Shown here piece by piece: positions 29,603 to 39,739 of a stretch of 64,000 nucleotides of DNA (positions within the stretch are counted from its first letter, which is position 1; every line of letters begins with the position of its first letter). The position numbers and the translations under genes are program-made. Location of the stretch: the NCBI GenBank assembly GCA_964509675.1, contig CAZDXC010000002.1, positions 71,425 through 135,424 on the forward strand. Reading direction: 5' to 3'. Source of the stretch: Candidatus Woesearchaeota archaeon (lineage in GTDB: Archaea; Nanobdellota; Nanobdellia; Pacearchaeales; GW2011-AR1). The notes beneath the pieces are model-generated. The model did no database searches. It was not told where the DNA came from and saw only the letters and a program-made list of their open reading frames with translations.

Positions 29603-29662
29603 ATCTTTTTATATAATTTACCTTAATAGATTTTAAATAGCTTATCAGTTTTAAATTTAACT

Positions 29663-31057
29663 ATGATAAAGAGGATATTACTAATAAAGCTTGGAGCAAA
29701 AGGAGATGTAATCAGAACTCTTCCTTTGTTAATAGCAATAAAAGAGAGGTATCCTGATTCTGAAATAACATGGATTACAAAACCTTTATGTAAGGAGATT
29801 TTAGAAACAAGTCCTTATATAAATAGAATTCTAACAATTCCAGTCAATTTAAAAAGATTTTCTGAAGATTTTGATATTTTATTAAACTTTGATGTGGAAG
29901 AAGATGCAACAAAATTAGCAGAAGAAATAAAAGCAAGAAAGAAATATGGGTTTTTTTCACATGGAGAGTATCCCACATCATTTAACCTTTCTGCAGAATA
30001 TTATCTTAACACTCTTTTTGATGATGAATTAAAAAAAACAAACACAAAAACTTACCAACAAATGATGTTTGAAGTAGCAGAACTTCCCTATAAAAAACAG
30101 CATCATCCCCTTTATCTAAACGAAGAAGATATGAAATACGCAGAAGATTTTGTAAATAAACATAATATTAATCCAAAAAAATTAATTGGGATTCATGTAG
30201 GTTCCTCTCCAAGATGGCCCTCTAAAACATGGCATTTGGATATTGTAAAAGAATTTATAAAAAGAGCAAAGGAAAAAGGATATGAAATTCTTATTTTTAG
30301 GGGACCAGATGAGTCCGAGAAACATGAAATACTTATCAGAGATTTAGAAAATCAGGGGGTTGGGGTTTTTACAAATAATCCATTAAATAGAGACAGAGAA
30401 TTTTTATCTCTGATAAATCTATGTGAGAAAATCATATGTGGAGATACCTTTGCATTGCATGTTGCTTTATCTCTTAAAAAACCGACAGTTGGATTATTTT
30501 TCTGTACTTCTCCTAATGAAATTGAAGATTATGGATTATTAAAAAAAATACTCTCTCCAAGATTATATGATTTTTTCCCTGAAAAACAAAATCTATACGA
30601 TGAAGATTTGACAAAAAGTATCTCTGTTGAACAAGTCCTAAATTCTATAGAAAATTTTGAGAAAACAAAAAGAGTAATCAACACCATCATAAAGGACAAT
30701 GATAAAGTTTTAGTTATCAAAAGAAAAAGCGGAATTCACTCAGGAAAATGGGCTTTTCCAGGCGGCATTATGAAAGATAGTGAGACTATCGGAGAAACAT
30801 TAAAAAGAGAAATAAAAGAGGAAACTAACCTTGATGTTTATAATATAATCAAAAAAATTTCAGACTATTCTTATTGGGGAAAGGAAGGAGAAAAAATCTT
30901 GGGGGAATGTTATCTTGTAAATGTAAAAAATGGAGAAGTAAAAATAAATAAAGAAGCAGAAGAATTTAGATGGGTTTCTTTAGAAGAATTTGGGAAATTA
31001 AATTATATAGAGGGACTGGATAAAGAAGTTTTTTTGGCCTTTTATAATAAACAATAA
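29663..31057 (+). CDS. GT9 (ADP-heptose:LPS heptosyltransferase-like) fused to C-terminal NUDIX hydrolase
   Basis: LIKLGAKGDVIRTLP, WPSKTW, GDTFALHVA; Nudix box GGIMKDSETIGETLKREIKEETNL. Confidence 0.9.
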   Translation: MIKRILLIKLGAKGDVIRTLPLLIAIKERYPDSEITWITKPLCKEILETSPYINRILTIPVNLKRFSEDFDILLNFDVEEDATKLAEEIKARKKYGFFSHGEYPTSFNLSAEYYLNTLFDDELKKTNTKTYQQMMFEVAELPYKKQHHPLYLNEEDMKYAEDFVNKHNINPKKLIGIHVGSSPRWPSKTWHLDIVKEFIKRAKEKGYEILIFRGPDESEKHEILIRDLENQGVGVFTNNPLNRDREFLSLINLCEKIICGDTFALHVALSLKKPTVGLFFCTSPNEIEDYGLLKKILSPRLYDFFPEKQNLYDEDLTKSISVEQVLNSIENFEKTKRVINTIIKDNDKVLVIKRKSGIHSGKWAFPGGIMKDSETIGETLKREIKEETNLDVYNIIKKISDYSYWGKEGEKILGECYLVNVKNGEVKINKEAEEFRWVSLEEFGKLNYIEGLDKEVFLAFYNKQ

Positions 31058-31117
31058 TCTCAAATATATATCTTTAAATAATAATCTTTTTATACCACTT
31101 CTTTTTTTGAAGAGAAG

Positions 31118-32524
31118 ATGGAAAGATTATTGGAATTTTTAAAGGATTTTTCTAAAAAAAAGATACTTGTTATTGGGGATGTTATGTTAGATAAGACAAT
31201 TGTGGGGGATGTCTCAAGAATTTCACCTGAAGCCCCTATTCAAATAGTTAATGTAAGAGAAGAATTTTATGAACCAGGGGGGGCAGCAAATACTGCTGCA
31301 AATATTGCTTCTCTTGAAGGAAATGTTTCTTTGTTTGGATTTGTTGGAGAAGATTATAATGCAGAGGTTCTGTTAAAAATATTAAATAAAAAGAAAATCA
31401 GTTGTTTTTTTGATAAAAATCGCATAACCACCCTTAAGGAAAGAATAAGAGGAAGAAACCAACAGCTCTTGAGACTTGATTATGAAGAATCTTCCTTGAA
31501 AAATTTCAGTTTTGAAAATATGAGAAAACTTGAAAAAGAAATGGGACCTACGGATATAATTTTAATATCTGATTATGCAAAAGGAACTGTGACAGGAAAT
31601 TTAATGAATTTTTTGAAATCTTTTGATAAAAAAATTGTAATTGACCCCAAACCACAAAATATGTCTTTATATCGAGATGTTTTTTTAATTACTCCAAACG
31701 AAAAAGAAGCGTTGGAAATCACTTCCCAAAAGAATGTCTATATGGCTGGAAGAATTCTTAAGAAAAAATTTAATTGTAATGTTGTGGTTACAAGGGGGGA
31801 AAATGGAATGACTCTATTTTCAAATAATGAAATTGATATACCCACAACTGTAAGAGAAGTATATGATGTTGCTGGAGCAGGAGATACTGCTATTGCCGCA
31901 CTTTCTTTATCTTTGGCTTCAGGAGCTTCTCTTGAAGAAGCAGTTATTATAGCAAATCATGCAGCAGGTATATCAGTAAGAAAAGTTGGAACTTATCAGG
32001 TTAAATTGAGAGAATTAGAAAATGTGATTTTAGGAGAAGAAAGAAAATTAAAAACTATTGATGAATTATTTGAAATCATAAGAGAATTGAAGAAAAAACA
32101 AAAGAAAATAGTCTGGACAAATGGTTGTTTTGATCTTTTTCATGCAGGACACAAATATTCTCTTGAGCAAGCCAGAAAAAAAGGAGATATTTTAATTGTT
32201 GGTTTAGATTCAGATGAGTCTGTTCGGAAATTGAAGGGTTCTGAAAGACCAATATATAATCAAGAACAAAGAGTAGAGATTTTATCTGGAATGGAGTTTG
32301 TTAATTATATTACAATATTTCCTCCAGAGAAAGCATCAGAATATATTCAACTATTAAAACCAGATGTTTATGTTAAGTCTGGAAATTATACAATAGACTC
32401 AATAAACCAAAAAGAAAGAAAAATTATTGAAGAATATGGAGGAGAGATTTATCTTCCAAGAGGAATTTCAGAACTTTCCACGACGAATATAATAAATAAA
32501 ATAAAAAAACAAAATGGAATTTGA
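31118..32524 (+). CDS. hldE: Bifunctional heptose-7-phosphate kinase / heptose-1-phosphate nucleotidyltransferase HldE (RfaE)
   Basis: IGDVMLD, RISPEAP, GGAAN, SDYAKG, DVAGAGDT; TNGCFDLFHAGH, SDESVRKLKG..RPI, STTNII. Confidence 0.95.
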   Translation: MERLLEFLKDFSKKKILVIGDVMLDKTIVGDVSRISPEAPIQIVNVREEFYEPGGAANTAANIASLEGNVSLFGFVGEDYNAEVLLKILNKKKISCFFDKNRITTLKERIRGRNQQLLRLDYEESSLKNFSFENMRKLEKEMGPTDIILISDYAKGTVTGNLMNFLKSFDKKIVIDPKPQNMSLYRDVFLITPNEKEALEITSQKNVYMAGRILKKKFNCNVVVTRGENGMTLFSNNEIDIPTTVREVYDVAGAGDTAIAALSLSLASGASLEEAVIIANHAAGISVRKVGTYQVKLRELENVILGEERKLKTIDELFEIIRELKKKQKKIVWTNGCFDLFHAGHKYSLEQARKKGDILIVGLDSDESVRKLKGSERPIYNQEQRVEILSGMEFVNYITIFPPEKASEYIQLLKPDVYVKSGNYTIDSINQKERKIIEEYGGEIYLPRGISELSTTNIINKIKKQNGI

Positions 32525-33530
32525 TAGAAATAAATTAAATATTCTTCCTTTGAATTTTAGGGTAAACAAATCTTCTATAGAACAAATTGTAATAAGTCCT
32601 AATTCAAGATCTTATCCTTCACAAAATTCTAAATTAATTCATAAAATTGCAGAAACTATTCTCTTTGCAAGAAAAAACAACAAGCAGGTTATTTTGGCAT
32701 ATGGTGCCCATTTAATTAAAAATGGATTGGGTTTGGTTTTGAGAAGAATGATTGAAGAAGGTTTTGTTACCCATTTAGCTACTAATGGAGCCGGTTCTAT
32801 TCATGATTGGGAATTTGCATTCCAAGGAGGAACTGAAGAAGATGTTGAGAAATATATTAAAGAAGGGCAATTTGGAATCTGGGAAGAAACAGGACAATAT
32901 ATAAATTTAGCATTAATCTCGGGAGCTGAAAAAGGAATTGGCTATGGAGAATCTGTTTGTGAAATGATTCATAATGAAGAATTAGTAATTCCTGAAAATA
33001 AAAAAATACAAAAAATGAATATAAAGCCAGGAAAAATTGTCATAAAACATCCTTATAAAAAATATTCTGTCCAAGATTCAGCATGGGATAAGATCCCTTT
33101 TACAGTGCATCCTTCTTTTGGTTATGATATAATTTATACTCACCCTTTTAGTGATGGAGCATCAATAGGAAAATGTGCTGAAGTAGATTTTTTAAAATTT
33201 GTTAGCAGCATAAATAAATTGGAAGGCGGCATTTATCTTTCAATAGGTTCTTCAATAATGTCTCCTATGGTATTTGAAAAATCTTTATCTATGGCAAGAA
33301 ATTTGGCAAAACAAGAAAATAGAAAAATTGAAGATTTTACTATTGTTATAAATGATATTCAGAAAGGGGATTGGGATTGGAGTAAAAAGACTGAACCAGA
33401 AAAAAGCAATCCCGCATATTATTTACGTTTTTGCAAAACTTTCCATAGAATGGGTGCAAAAGAAATGTATTATGTAAGGGAAGACAATAGAAATTTTCTT
33501 TTATCTCTTTATCAAAATTTGAAAAAATAA
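32514..33530 (+). CDS. Deoxyhypusine-synthase-like-fold uncharacterised protein in the heptose operon
   Basis: VILAYGAHLIKNG, LATNGAGSIHDWE, EDV...GQFG.WEETG, GGIYLSIGSS...P. Lacks the EAVSWGK catalytic-Lys motif of true DHS. Confidence 0.65.
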   Translation: MEFDRNKLNILPLNFRVNKSSIEQIVISPNSRSYPSQNSKLIHKIAETILFARKNNKQVILAYGAHLIKNGLGLVLRRMIEEGFVTHLATNGAGSIHDWEFAFQGGTEEDVEKYIKEGQFGIWEETGQYINLALISGAEKGIGYGESVCEMIHNEELVIPENKKIQKMNIKPGKIVIKHPYKKYSVQDSAWDKIPFTVHPSFGYDIIYTHPFSDGASIGKCAEVDFLKFVSSINKLEGGIYLSIGSSIMSPMVFEKSLSMARNLAKQENRKIEDFTIVINDIQKGDWDWSKKTEPEKSNPAYYLRFCKTFHRMGAKEMYYVREDNRNFLLSLYQNLKK

Positions 33531-33531
33531 A

Positions 33532-34062
33532 ATGAAAAATAAAGCTATTTTCTTAGATAGAGATGGAACAATAAATGTTAATAAAGGATACATATATAGA
33601 GTAGGGGATTTAGAGATAATCCCCAAAGTTATAGAAGGATTGAAAATTCTTAGAGAGAATGGATATAAATTAATAATTGTGACTAATCAGTCAAAGATAG
33701 CAAGAGGATATTGTACAAAAGAAGATTACTTTAAATTTAGAGGGGAAATACATAAAAAATTAAGAGAACAGGGCATTATAATAACAGCAGAATATTTTTG
33801 TCCACACCACCCCCTTGATAATTGTAATTGCAGAAAACCAAAAACAGGCATGTTAGAGCGGGCTACAAAGGATTTTAATTTAGATATAAATGAATGCTGG
33901 ATGATAGGAGATAAAGATTCAGATATACTTGCAGGAAAAAATTCAGGATGTAGAACAATTCATGTTCTGACAGGAGAAGAAAAAAAACCCATAGATTATG
34001 CAGATTTTATAGCAAAAGATTTAATTAAAGCAGCAGATTATATCTTAAAACAAAAACAATAA
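33532..34062 (+). CDS. gmhB: D-glycero-D-manno-heptose-1,7-bisphosphate phosphatase (HAD IIIA)
   Basis: FLDRDGTIN, VTNQS, CPHHP..CNCRKPKTGM, MIGDKDSD; located in the hldE operon. Confidence 0.9.
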   Translation: MKNKAIFLDRDGTINVNKGYIYRVGDLEIIPKVIEGLKILRENGYKLIIVTNQSKIARGYCTKEDYFKFRGEIHKKLREQGIIITAEYFCPHHPLDNCNCRKPKTGMLERATKDFNLDINECWMIGDKDSDILAGKNSGCRTIHVLTGEEKKPIDYADFIAKDLIKAADYILKQKQ

Positions 34063-34086
34063 AAACTTATGAATTAATATTTTTGG

Positions 34087-35682
34087 GTGGAAGAAGTAAA
34101 AGGAGAATTAAAAGAACCTGAAAAAGAGATAGAAAAGAGAAAAAATTATATAAAGAAAAAACTTTTCTCCTGGATAAAAGATAATTATGATAAAATTTTC
34201 CTTGTTATTCTAATAGTTGCTTTTATTATAAGATTCCTTATTTTTCTTAAAACAATGAACCAGCCTCTTTGGTGGGATGAAGCAGATTATCTTTCAACTG
34301 CAAAAAAATGGGGGCTGGGATTACATATTAAAGATATTTGGTATTATAGAAGGGGATTTTTATGGCCATTAATAGGAGCCGCCTTTTTTGGAATAGGTAT
34401 GGGGGAAGTAGGAATGAGATTTCTTGTAGTTCTTTTATCAACCGGAACTGTGGCTCTTTCTTATTTTATAATTAGAAAAATGTTTGACAAAAAAACTGCC
34501 CTTTTAGTATCTATAGGAATTTTATTTTCTTGGGTTTCTTTATTTTTTACAGGAAGAGTACTGACAGATATTCCTGCAACTTTCTTTCTTTTATTTGCAT
34601 TGTTATTCTTCTGGAAAGGTTATGTCCTTAAAGAAGGAAATAAATTTTTATATCTTTTTGGAGTATTTTTTGCCCTCTCATTATTGACAAGATTTCAATT
34701 TGCAATGTTTGCATTACCTTTTCTTGTTTTTATATTTACAAGAGAAAAATTCAAATTTGTGAAGAATAAACACCTTTGGATAACACTTGGTTTGGCCTTT
34801 GCTGTTCTTCTTCCTTTTTTTGTTTTGTATTGGATGCATTATGGAAATATTGTTACTGATATCTTATCTCATTATTTTGGAGTCTCGGGAGTGTCTTCCA
34901 CTGAACCTGCTCAGAGAACCTTTTCTACAATATTCAATTATTTCAAAGATTTACCTTATATTCTTACTAAATCTATTTTTGTTCTATTTATTATAGGATT
35001 ATTTGTCTTCTTTCAGGATATGTTTCTAGGGATAGATAAAATTTTCAAAAATGAAGAAGTTCAAAAGAAATTTTTTATTTTTCTATGGATTATTGTTCCT
35101 TTCTTAGTTTTAGGATATATAACAGAATATGTAGAACACAGATATATTCTCTCAACTTTGCCTTTTTTATTTTTAGTTTCAATATCTCCATTAATAAAAT
35201 TTGGAGGCTTATTGAGTAGACACTATAAGAAAATTAATAAAAAAACAGCATATATCTTTTCAGCTATTTTATTTTTGTTTTTAATGATAGTAAGTTTTGG
35301 CAGTAGTATCCCTTCAAATTATTCATGGGGGAATAATTTAATAGCAAATAAATTAACTTCTTATTCAGAAGTACAACAGGCTGGATTATGGATGAAAGAG
35401 AATTCTAATACTACAGACATAATAATCTCTCAGTCAAGACCTCAAATAACTTATTATTCTGAAAGAACAACATATGATTTAACTCAAATGGGGCCAGAAT
35501 CTGCATTTCAAGAAAATTTATCGAGAATAAAGCCAAAATATCTTATGTTATCCAAATTTGAACCCCATCAGCAGTGGATGTACTCCTATCCTCAAGAGCA
35601 TAATAGCACTGTAATTCCTGTGAAGGTATATTATCAAAACCAACAGCCTGCTGCAATAATCTATCAATTCAAATATTCTTAA
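34087..35682 (+). CDS. GT-C membrane glycosyltransferase (ArnT/PMT, GT39/83-like)
   Basis: LWWDEADY after TM1, LTDIPA, many TMs, EHRYIL, C-terminal extracellular domain; GTG start. Confidence 0.88.
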   Translation: MEEVKGELKEPEKEIEKRKNYIKKKLFSWIKDNYDKIFLVILIVAFIIRFLIFLKTMNQPLWWDEADYLSTAKKWGLGLHIKDIWYYRRGFLWPLIGAAFFGIGMGEVGMRFLVVLLSTGTVALSYFIIRKMFDKKTALLVSIGILFSWVSLFFTGRVLTDIPATFFLLFALLFFWKGYVLKEGNKFLYLFGVFFALSLLTRFQFAMFALPFLVFIFTREKFKFVKNKHLWITLGLAFAVLLPFFVLYWMHYGNIVTDILSHYFGVSGVSSTEPAQRTFSTIFNYFKDLPYILTKSIFVLFIIGLFVFFQDMFLGIDKIFKNEEVQKKFFIFLWIIVPFLVLGYITEYVEHRYILSTLPFLFLVSISPLIKFGGLLSRHYKKINKKTAYIFSAILFLFLMIVSFGSSIPSNYSWGNNLIANKLTSYSEVQQAGLWMKENSNTTDIIISQSRPQITYYSERTTYDLTQMGPESAFQENLSRIKPKYLMLSKFEPHQQWMYSYPQEHNSTVIPVKVYYQNQQPAAIIYQFKYS

Positions 35683-36193
35683 ATTTAGAAATATAACTCA
35701 CTGTTAAAAAATTAATTTTTTTTAATTGCCTGAACTCTCCCTTTAAAATTTTCAAAATTTCCTTTAAATTAGTAATATGGTCATTAACTCTTTCATTTTT
35801 TCCTAATATTCTTCTTACTTTTCTAGAAATCCAATTTTCCGTCGGAATAGATGTTATGAGCTCAAAATCAGGATTCATTTTTTTAAAGTTATTTATTATT
35901 TTTTTAATTTCTTTTATTGGGATATGTTCAAAAACATCCATCACAAATATTTTATTTGGTTTTAATAGAGTATAATTTTTTATATCGCTATGTTCGGGGG
36001 TTATATCATATCCAATAATTGTATAGCCTTTTTTTTTCAGATTATTTTTCATCCATCCTGCGCCACATCCAAAATCCAAGATAATATCTGTTTTTTTTAA
36101 ATTGGCAATTTTTAAAGCAATTTTTATTTTGCTTCTACTGAAAAATCTTACTAATGGATTTTTGTTTGAATAAGTGGAAGATATGTTATCCAT
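35669..36193 (-). CDS. Class I SAM-dependent methyltransferase
   Basis: ILDFGCGAG, GYDI, MDVFEHI, TSIPTEN. Confidence 0.82.
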   Translation of the reverse strand: MDNISSTYSNKNPLVRFFSRSKIKIALKIANLKKTDIILDFGCGAGWMKNNLKKKGYTIIGYDITPEHSDIKNYTLLKPNKIFVMDVFEHIPIKEIKKIINNFKKMNPDFELITSIPTENWISRKVRRILGKNERVNDHITNLKEILKILKGEFRQLKKINFLTVSYISKFKNI

Positions 36194-37197
36194 TATAAGT
36201 ATCCTTTTTCTTTATAATAGTTCACTGTTCTTTTTATTCCTTCTTCCAAGGAAAAAATTGGTCTATAACTTAATTCTTTTTCTGCTTTTGAAATATCACT
36301 ATACCAAAATTTTTCAGTCATCCATTTAATTGTATCATGTTTAAATGGAGGATGAAAGTTTAGTATTTTTCCTAAGAATTCTAGGAGATATCCTCCAGAA
36401 ATAAAAACAAATTTAGGAAATTTTATAAATAAAATTTTTTTATTTTCTGCTTTTTCCATAGCTTTAATTATTTGATTAATGCTGTAATGCTCTCCATTTG
36501 AAATATTGTATTTTCCCCCCACTTTTCCTTTCTTAATTGCTAATAAGCAGGCTTCAATTAAATTTTTAACATATAAAAATTCCATTCCTTTTATATTGCT
36601 TCTTATTGGAAAAAATCTTTTATTTACAGTCAAGAATAATTTCAGCATTTCAAAATCTCTCTCTCCAAAAACCATGGAAGGACGTAGTATAACAATCGGC
36701 ATTTTATATTTATTAAAATATTCCATTGCAATTTTTTCTTGAGCTAATTTGCTCCAACCATATATATCTACTGGCCTGCATTCTGTTTCTTCATTTACAG
36801 GGATTTCATCTCTTGTTGGTCCTACAGCAGAAATACTACTCATTATAATTATCTTTTTTATTTTTTTATTCTTACATGATTCTAAAAGATTTTTTGTTCC
36901 TTCCTCATTTATTTTAAAATATAAATCATTAGGAATAGTCATAGGTCTTGCAATTGCAGCCAAGTGAAAAATCACATCAATATTTTTAACAGCATCTTTC
37001 AATGAGCGTTTATCTAATAAATCTCCTTCAATGATTTCTATATTTAATCTTTTTAATAATTCTAACGAATCTCGCCTTTTTTCAGATCTTTTCTTTTCTT
37101 TTCTGACCAAAACCTTAATTTTATTTTTTTCTTTTGCAAGTCGTTCTACTAAATGACTTCCAATAAGCCCTGTTGCTCCTGTAACAAAAACTTTCAT
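36193..37197 (-). CDS. NAD-dependent epimerase/dehydratase (extended SDR, 3-beta-HSD-like)
   Basis: MKVFVTGATGLIG, FHLAA, YGWSK. Start at 37197 gives an ATGA overlap with the upstream gene. Confidence 0.92.
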   Translation of the reverse strand: MKVFVTGATGLIGSHLVERLAKEKNKIKVLVRKEKKRSEKRRDSLELLKRLNIEIIEGDLLDKRSLKDAVKNIDVIFHLAAIARPMTIPNDLYFKINEEGTKNLLESCKNKKIKKIIIMSSISAVGPTRDEIPVNEETECRPVDIYGWSKLAQEKIAMEYFNKYKMPIVILRPSMVFGERDFEMLKLFLTVNKRFFPIRSNIKGMEFLYVKNLIEACLLAIKKGKVGGKYNISNGEHYSINQIIKAMEKAENKKILFIKFPKFVFISGGYLLEFLGKILNFHPPFKHDTIKWMTEKFWYSDISKAEKELSYRPIFSLEEGIKRTVNYYKEKGYL

Positions 37198-38648
37198 GGT
37201 AAAATAGGAGAAAAAATCCAAGCGATATAAGCAGCTATTTTTCTCATAGTTTTATTTTTCACCAACAATTTTGCAAAATTTTCTGTTAAAAAAAATGCAA
37301 GAATTTTTTCTATTTTTGGATAATCTTTTCTTTTTTTTGAATTTTTGCAGCTCCAGACATGTCCCAGTTGAGTCAAAAAAATCATCTCTCTATCAGAATA
37401 ATTTTTGGTATATAAAGGAGCATTTCCTGTTTTTGGATTGATATAATAAAGCCATAAATAATCATTAATCAGGCCTTCCTTTTTAGCAATATCATAAACA
37501 GTAGTTCCTGGGTAAATTGTCAAGGCATTAATTCCTATCCAGTCTGGTTTTGTTTCTCTTATCAATTCAAAAGTTTTCCATGTATCTTCTGCTTCCTCTT
37601 CAAGCGAGCCTACAATTAAAAAGAATTTTAATTCAATTTCTGCCTTTTTAGTCATTTCAGAAGCTTTTTTTATCTTTTCAATTGTAATATTTTTTCCAAT
37701 AGCTCTTAAAACTTTGTCTGAGCCAGATTCAGCGCCATATTCAATTAAATCACACCCTGCTTTTTTCAATATCTTTAGCATTTCTTCATCAACTGTGTCT
37801 ACTCTTGCCTGTATTCTAAATTTAATGGGAAGTTTATTTTTTATTACTAATTCACAAAATTTTATTACCTTCTCTTTTTTCAATGTGAATAAATCATCAG
37901 CAAATCTTATATAATCTATTCCATATTCTTGGTTCAATTCTTTTACTTGCTTAAATAATTTTTCAGCAGAGGTGCTTCTTACCTTTCTTCCCCAAGCAAG
38001 CGTAGTTTCACAAAATTTGCAACCCATAGGACATCCCCTTGAAGTTGTTACAAGTGTTGTTTGTTTTACATTTTTGACATCTGGAGGTAAGGGATATTCT
38101 TTCATAGGGAATAAATCATAAGCAGGAAGAGGAAGATTTTCTATATTTTCCATAAAACATCTTGGAGGATTAATTTTTATTTTTCCTTTTTCCCTAAAAG
38201 ATATTCCTAAAATCTTATTAATTTTTTTTTTATTTTTTATTGCCTTGATCAATTCATACAGAGTCTCTTCCCCTTCCCCCCTAACAACAATGTCAACAAA
38301 ATTGTAATTTTTTAACAGAAGACTATCTAAAAAAGTAGCATGCAATCCTCCAATTATCGTAATAATATCTGAATTTCTTTTTTTTATTTCTTCTAATGTT
38401 TTTAAGGCAGAATATCTATTTTCAGTTAAGCAGCTTACTCCAACTATTTTTGCTCTGGTTCTGATAGATTCACTTGCAGTTTTTTCAAAATTCCATCCTT
38501 TTATTGGAGCATCTATCACTTGAGATGATATTTCTCTCTCTCTTAAATAAGCTGCTAAACAAGCAATTCCCAATGGAACTCCTGACATGGGAAACTTACT
38601 GGTTGTTTTTTTATCTAAGGGGGGGTTAATTAAACAAATATCATTCAT
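37194..38648 (-). CDS. Cobalamin-binding radical SAM protein (methyltransferase-like)
   Basis: PLGIACLAAYL, GGLHAT, GEGEET, RGCPMGCKFC, GAESGS. Confidence 0.94.
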   Translation of the reverse strand: MNDICLINPPLDKKTTSKFPMSGVPLGIACLAAYLREREISSQVIDAPIKGWNFEKTASESIRTRAKIVGVSCLTENRYSALKTLEEIKKRNSDIITIIGGLHATFLDSLLLKNYNFVDIVVRGEGEETLYELIKAIKNKKKINKILGISFREKGKIKINPPRCFMENIENLPLPAYDLFPMKEYPLPPDVKNVKQTTLVTTSRGCPMGCKFCETTLAWGRKVRSTSAEKLFKQVKELNQEYGIDYIRFADDLFTLKKEKVIKFCELVIKNKLPIKFRIQARVDTVDEEMLKILKKAGCDLIEYGAESGSDKVLRAIGKNITIEKIKKASEMTKKAEIELKFFLIVGSLEEEAEDTWKTFELIRETKPDWIGINALTIYPGTTVYDIAKKEGLINDYLWLYYINPKTGNAPLYTKNYSDREMIFLTQLGHVWSCKNSKKRKDYPKIEKILAFFLTENFAKLLVKNKTMRKIAAYIAWIFSPILP

Positions 38649-39739
38649 AGAATCTTTCTAATTTCATTTATTTTTAAAGATTTATTTGCTCTTTTTTTAT
38701 AATTAGTAATAAGAAATCCATTTAATTCTTTGTCATTGGGGTAACCATGCATAGCCTTGAATTTCTCTTTTTGATAAAAATTAGGAAAAAAATATTTTCC
38801 TTTTTCTACATAAAAAATAATTTCTCCGTATCTTTTATCTAAGGGAATTTTATATTTTTTTGCAGTTTTTTTATTCAAAATTTTAAGCTCTTTTATCTTA
38901 GATAATTTTCCTAAAACTTCTTTTTTAGCCTCCTCATTTTTAAACCAAAAGGAAGCAGTAGTTCCTGCGATAAAAAAAAGGTAATCTTTCCTTTTAGGTA
39001 GAATTTTTTCTAAATCTATGTATTCTTTGATATCTGCAAAACCATGATCTCCCCACAAAATAATTCTTGCTCCCCTATTTTCTTTTAAGAATTTTTTTAT
39101 ATATTTCTCTATTATTTTATCTATATTAAACAATGCTTCTTTTGTTTCTATACTTTCTTTTCCAAATTTATGTATAGTTTTATCTACTGACATTAATTGG
39201 GTGTAATAAATTTCTACATTTTTTTCTTTAGTCAATCTTTCAAGTCTCTCTTCATCAGATTCATATTTGAATATTATTCTTCTTTTTTCCTTTTTCTTTT
39301 TTATAACAAAAAATGGCCACTTATAAAAACAGAAATCTTTTTCTTGAAAATAAGGCAATTTCCACAGCCCAAATTTAACACTAGAATCAAAATATTTTAG
39401 TTTTTCTGCTGGAATATTATGCAATGCAGAAATATATGTTCTTTTATTTAAAAGTTGAAAAATTGCTCCAAGGTAAGTTCTTAATTTTTTATTAAAAGAA
39501 AAAAACCTTAATAGAAAATTATTAAATGTAGAATTTTCAGATTTTGAAAATTCCAACCAAATTCCATTTTCTTCCAGAGTGCTTCCTGTGAAAAAACCAT
39601 ATTCAATTCCAGTAAAAGCAAAAAATGTTTCTAAAACACTTAAATTATTTTTAGCCCCGAATTCATACAAAAAAGGAGTATTTTCTTTTGAAATTAAATC
39701 ATATCCTAATCCATCAATGCAGATTATCAATTTTTTCAT
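38645..39739 (-). CDS. Alkaline-phosphatase superfamily nucleotide pyrophosphatase/phosphodiesterase
   Basis: IDGLG, TPFL, DKTIHKFG, GDHGF, MHGY metal-ligand motifs. Confidence 0.85.
   Translation of the reverse strand: MKKLIICIDGLGYDLISKENTPFLYEFGAKNNLSVLETFFAFTGIEYGFFTGSTLEENGIWLEFSKSENSTFNNFLLRFFSFNKKLRTYLGAIFQLLNKRTYISALHNIPAEKLKYFDSSVKFGLWKLPYFQEKDFCFYKWPFFVIKKKKEKRRIIFKYESDEERLERLTKEKNVEIYYTQLMSVDKTIHKFGKESIETKEALFNIDKIIEKYIKKFLKENRGARIILWGDHGFADIKEYIDLEKILPKRKDYLFFIAGTTASFWFKNEEAKKEVLGKLSKIKELKILNKKTAKKYKIPLDKRYGEIIFYVEKGKYFFPNFYQKEKFKAMHGYPNDKELNGFLITNYKKRANKSLKINEIRKIL

Noticed and set aside
32514..33530. True deoxyhypusine synthase acting on the mini-aIF5A
   Set aside because: It lacks the recognisable DHS catalytic-Lys motif and is translationally coupled to hldE and gmhB. 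Kept only as a minor possibility.
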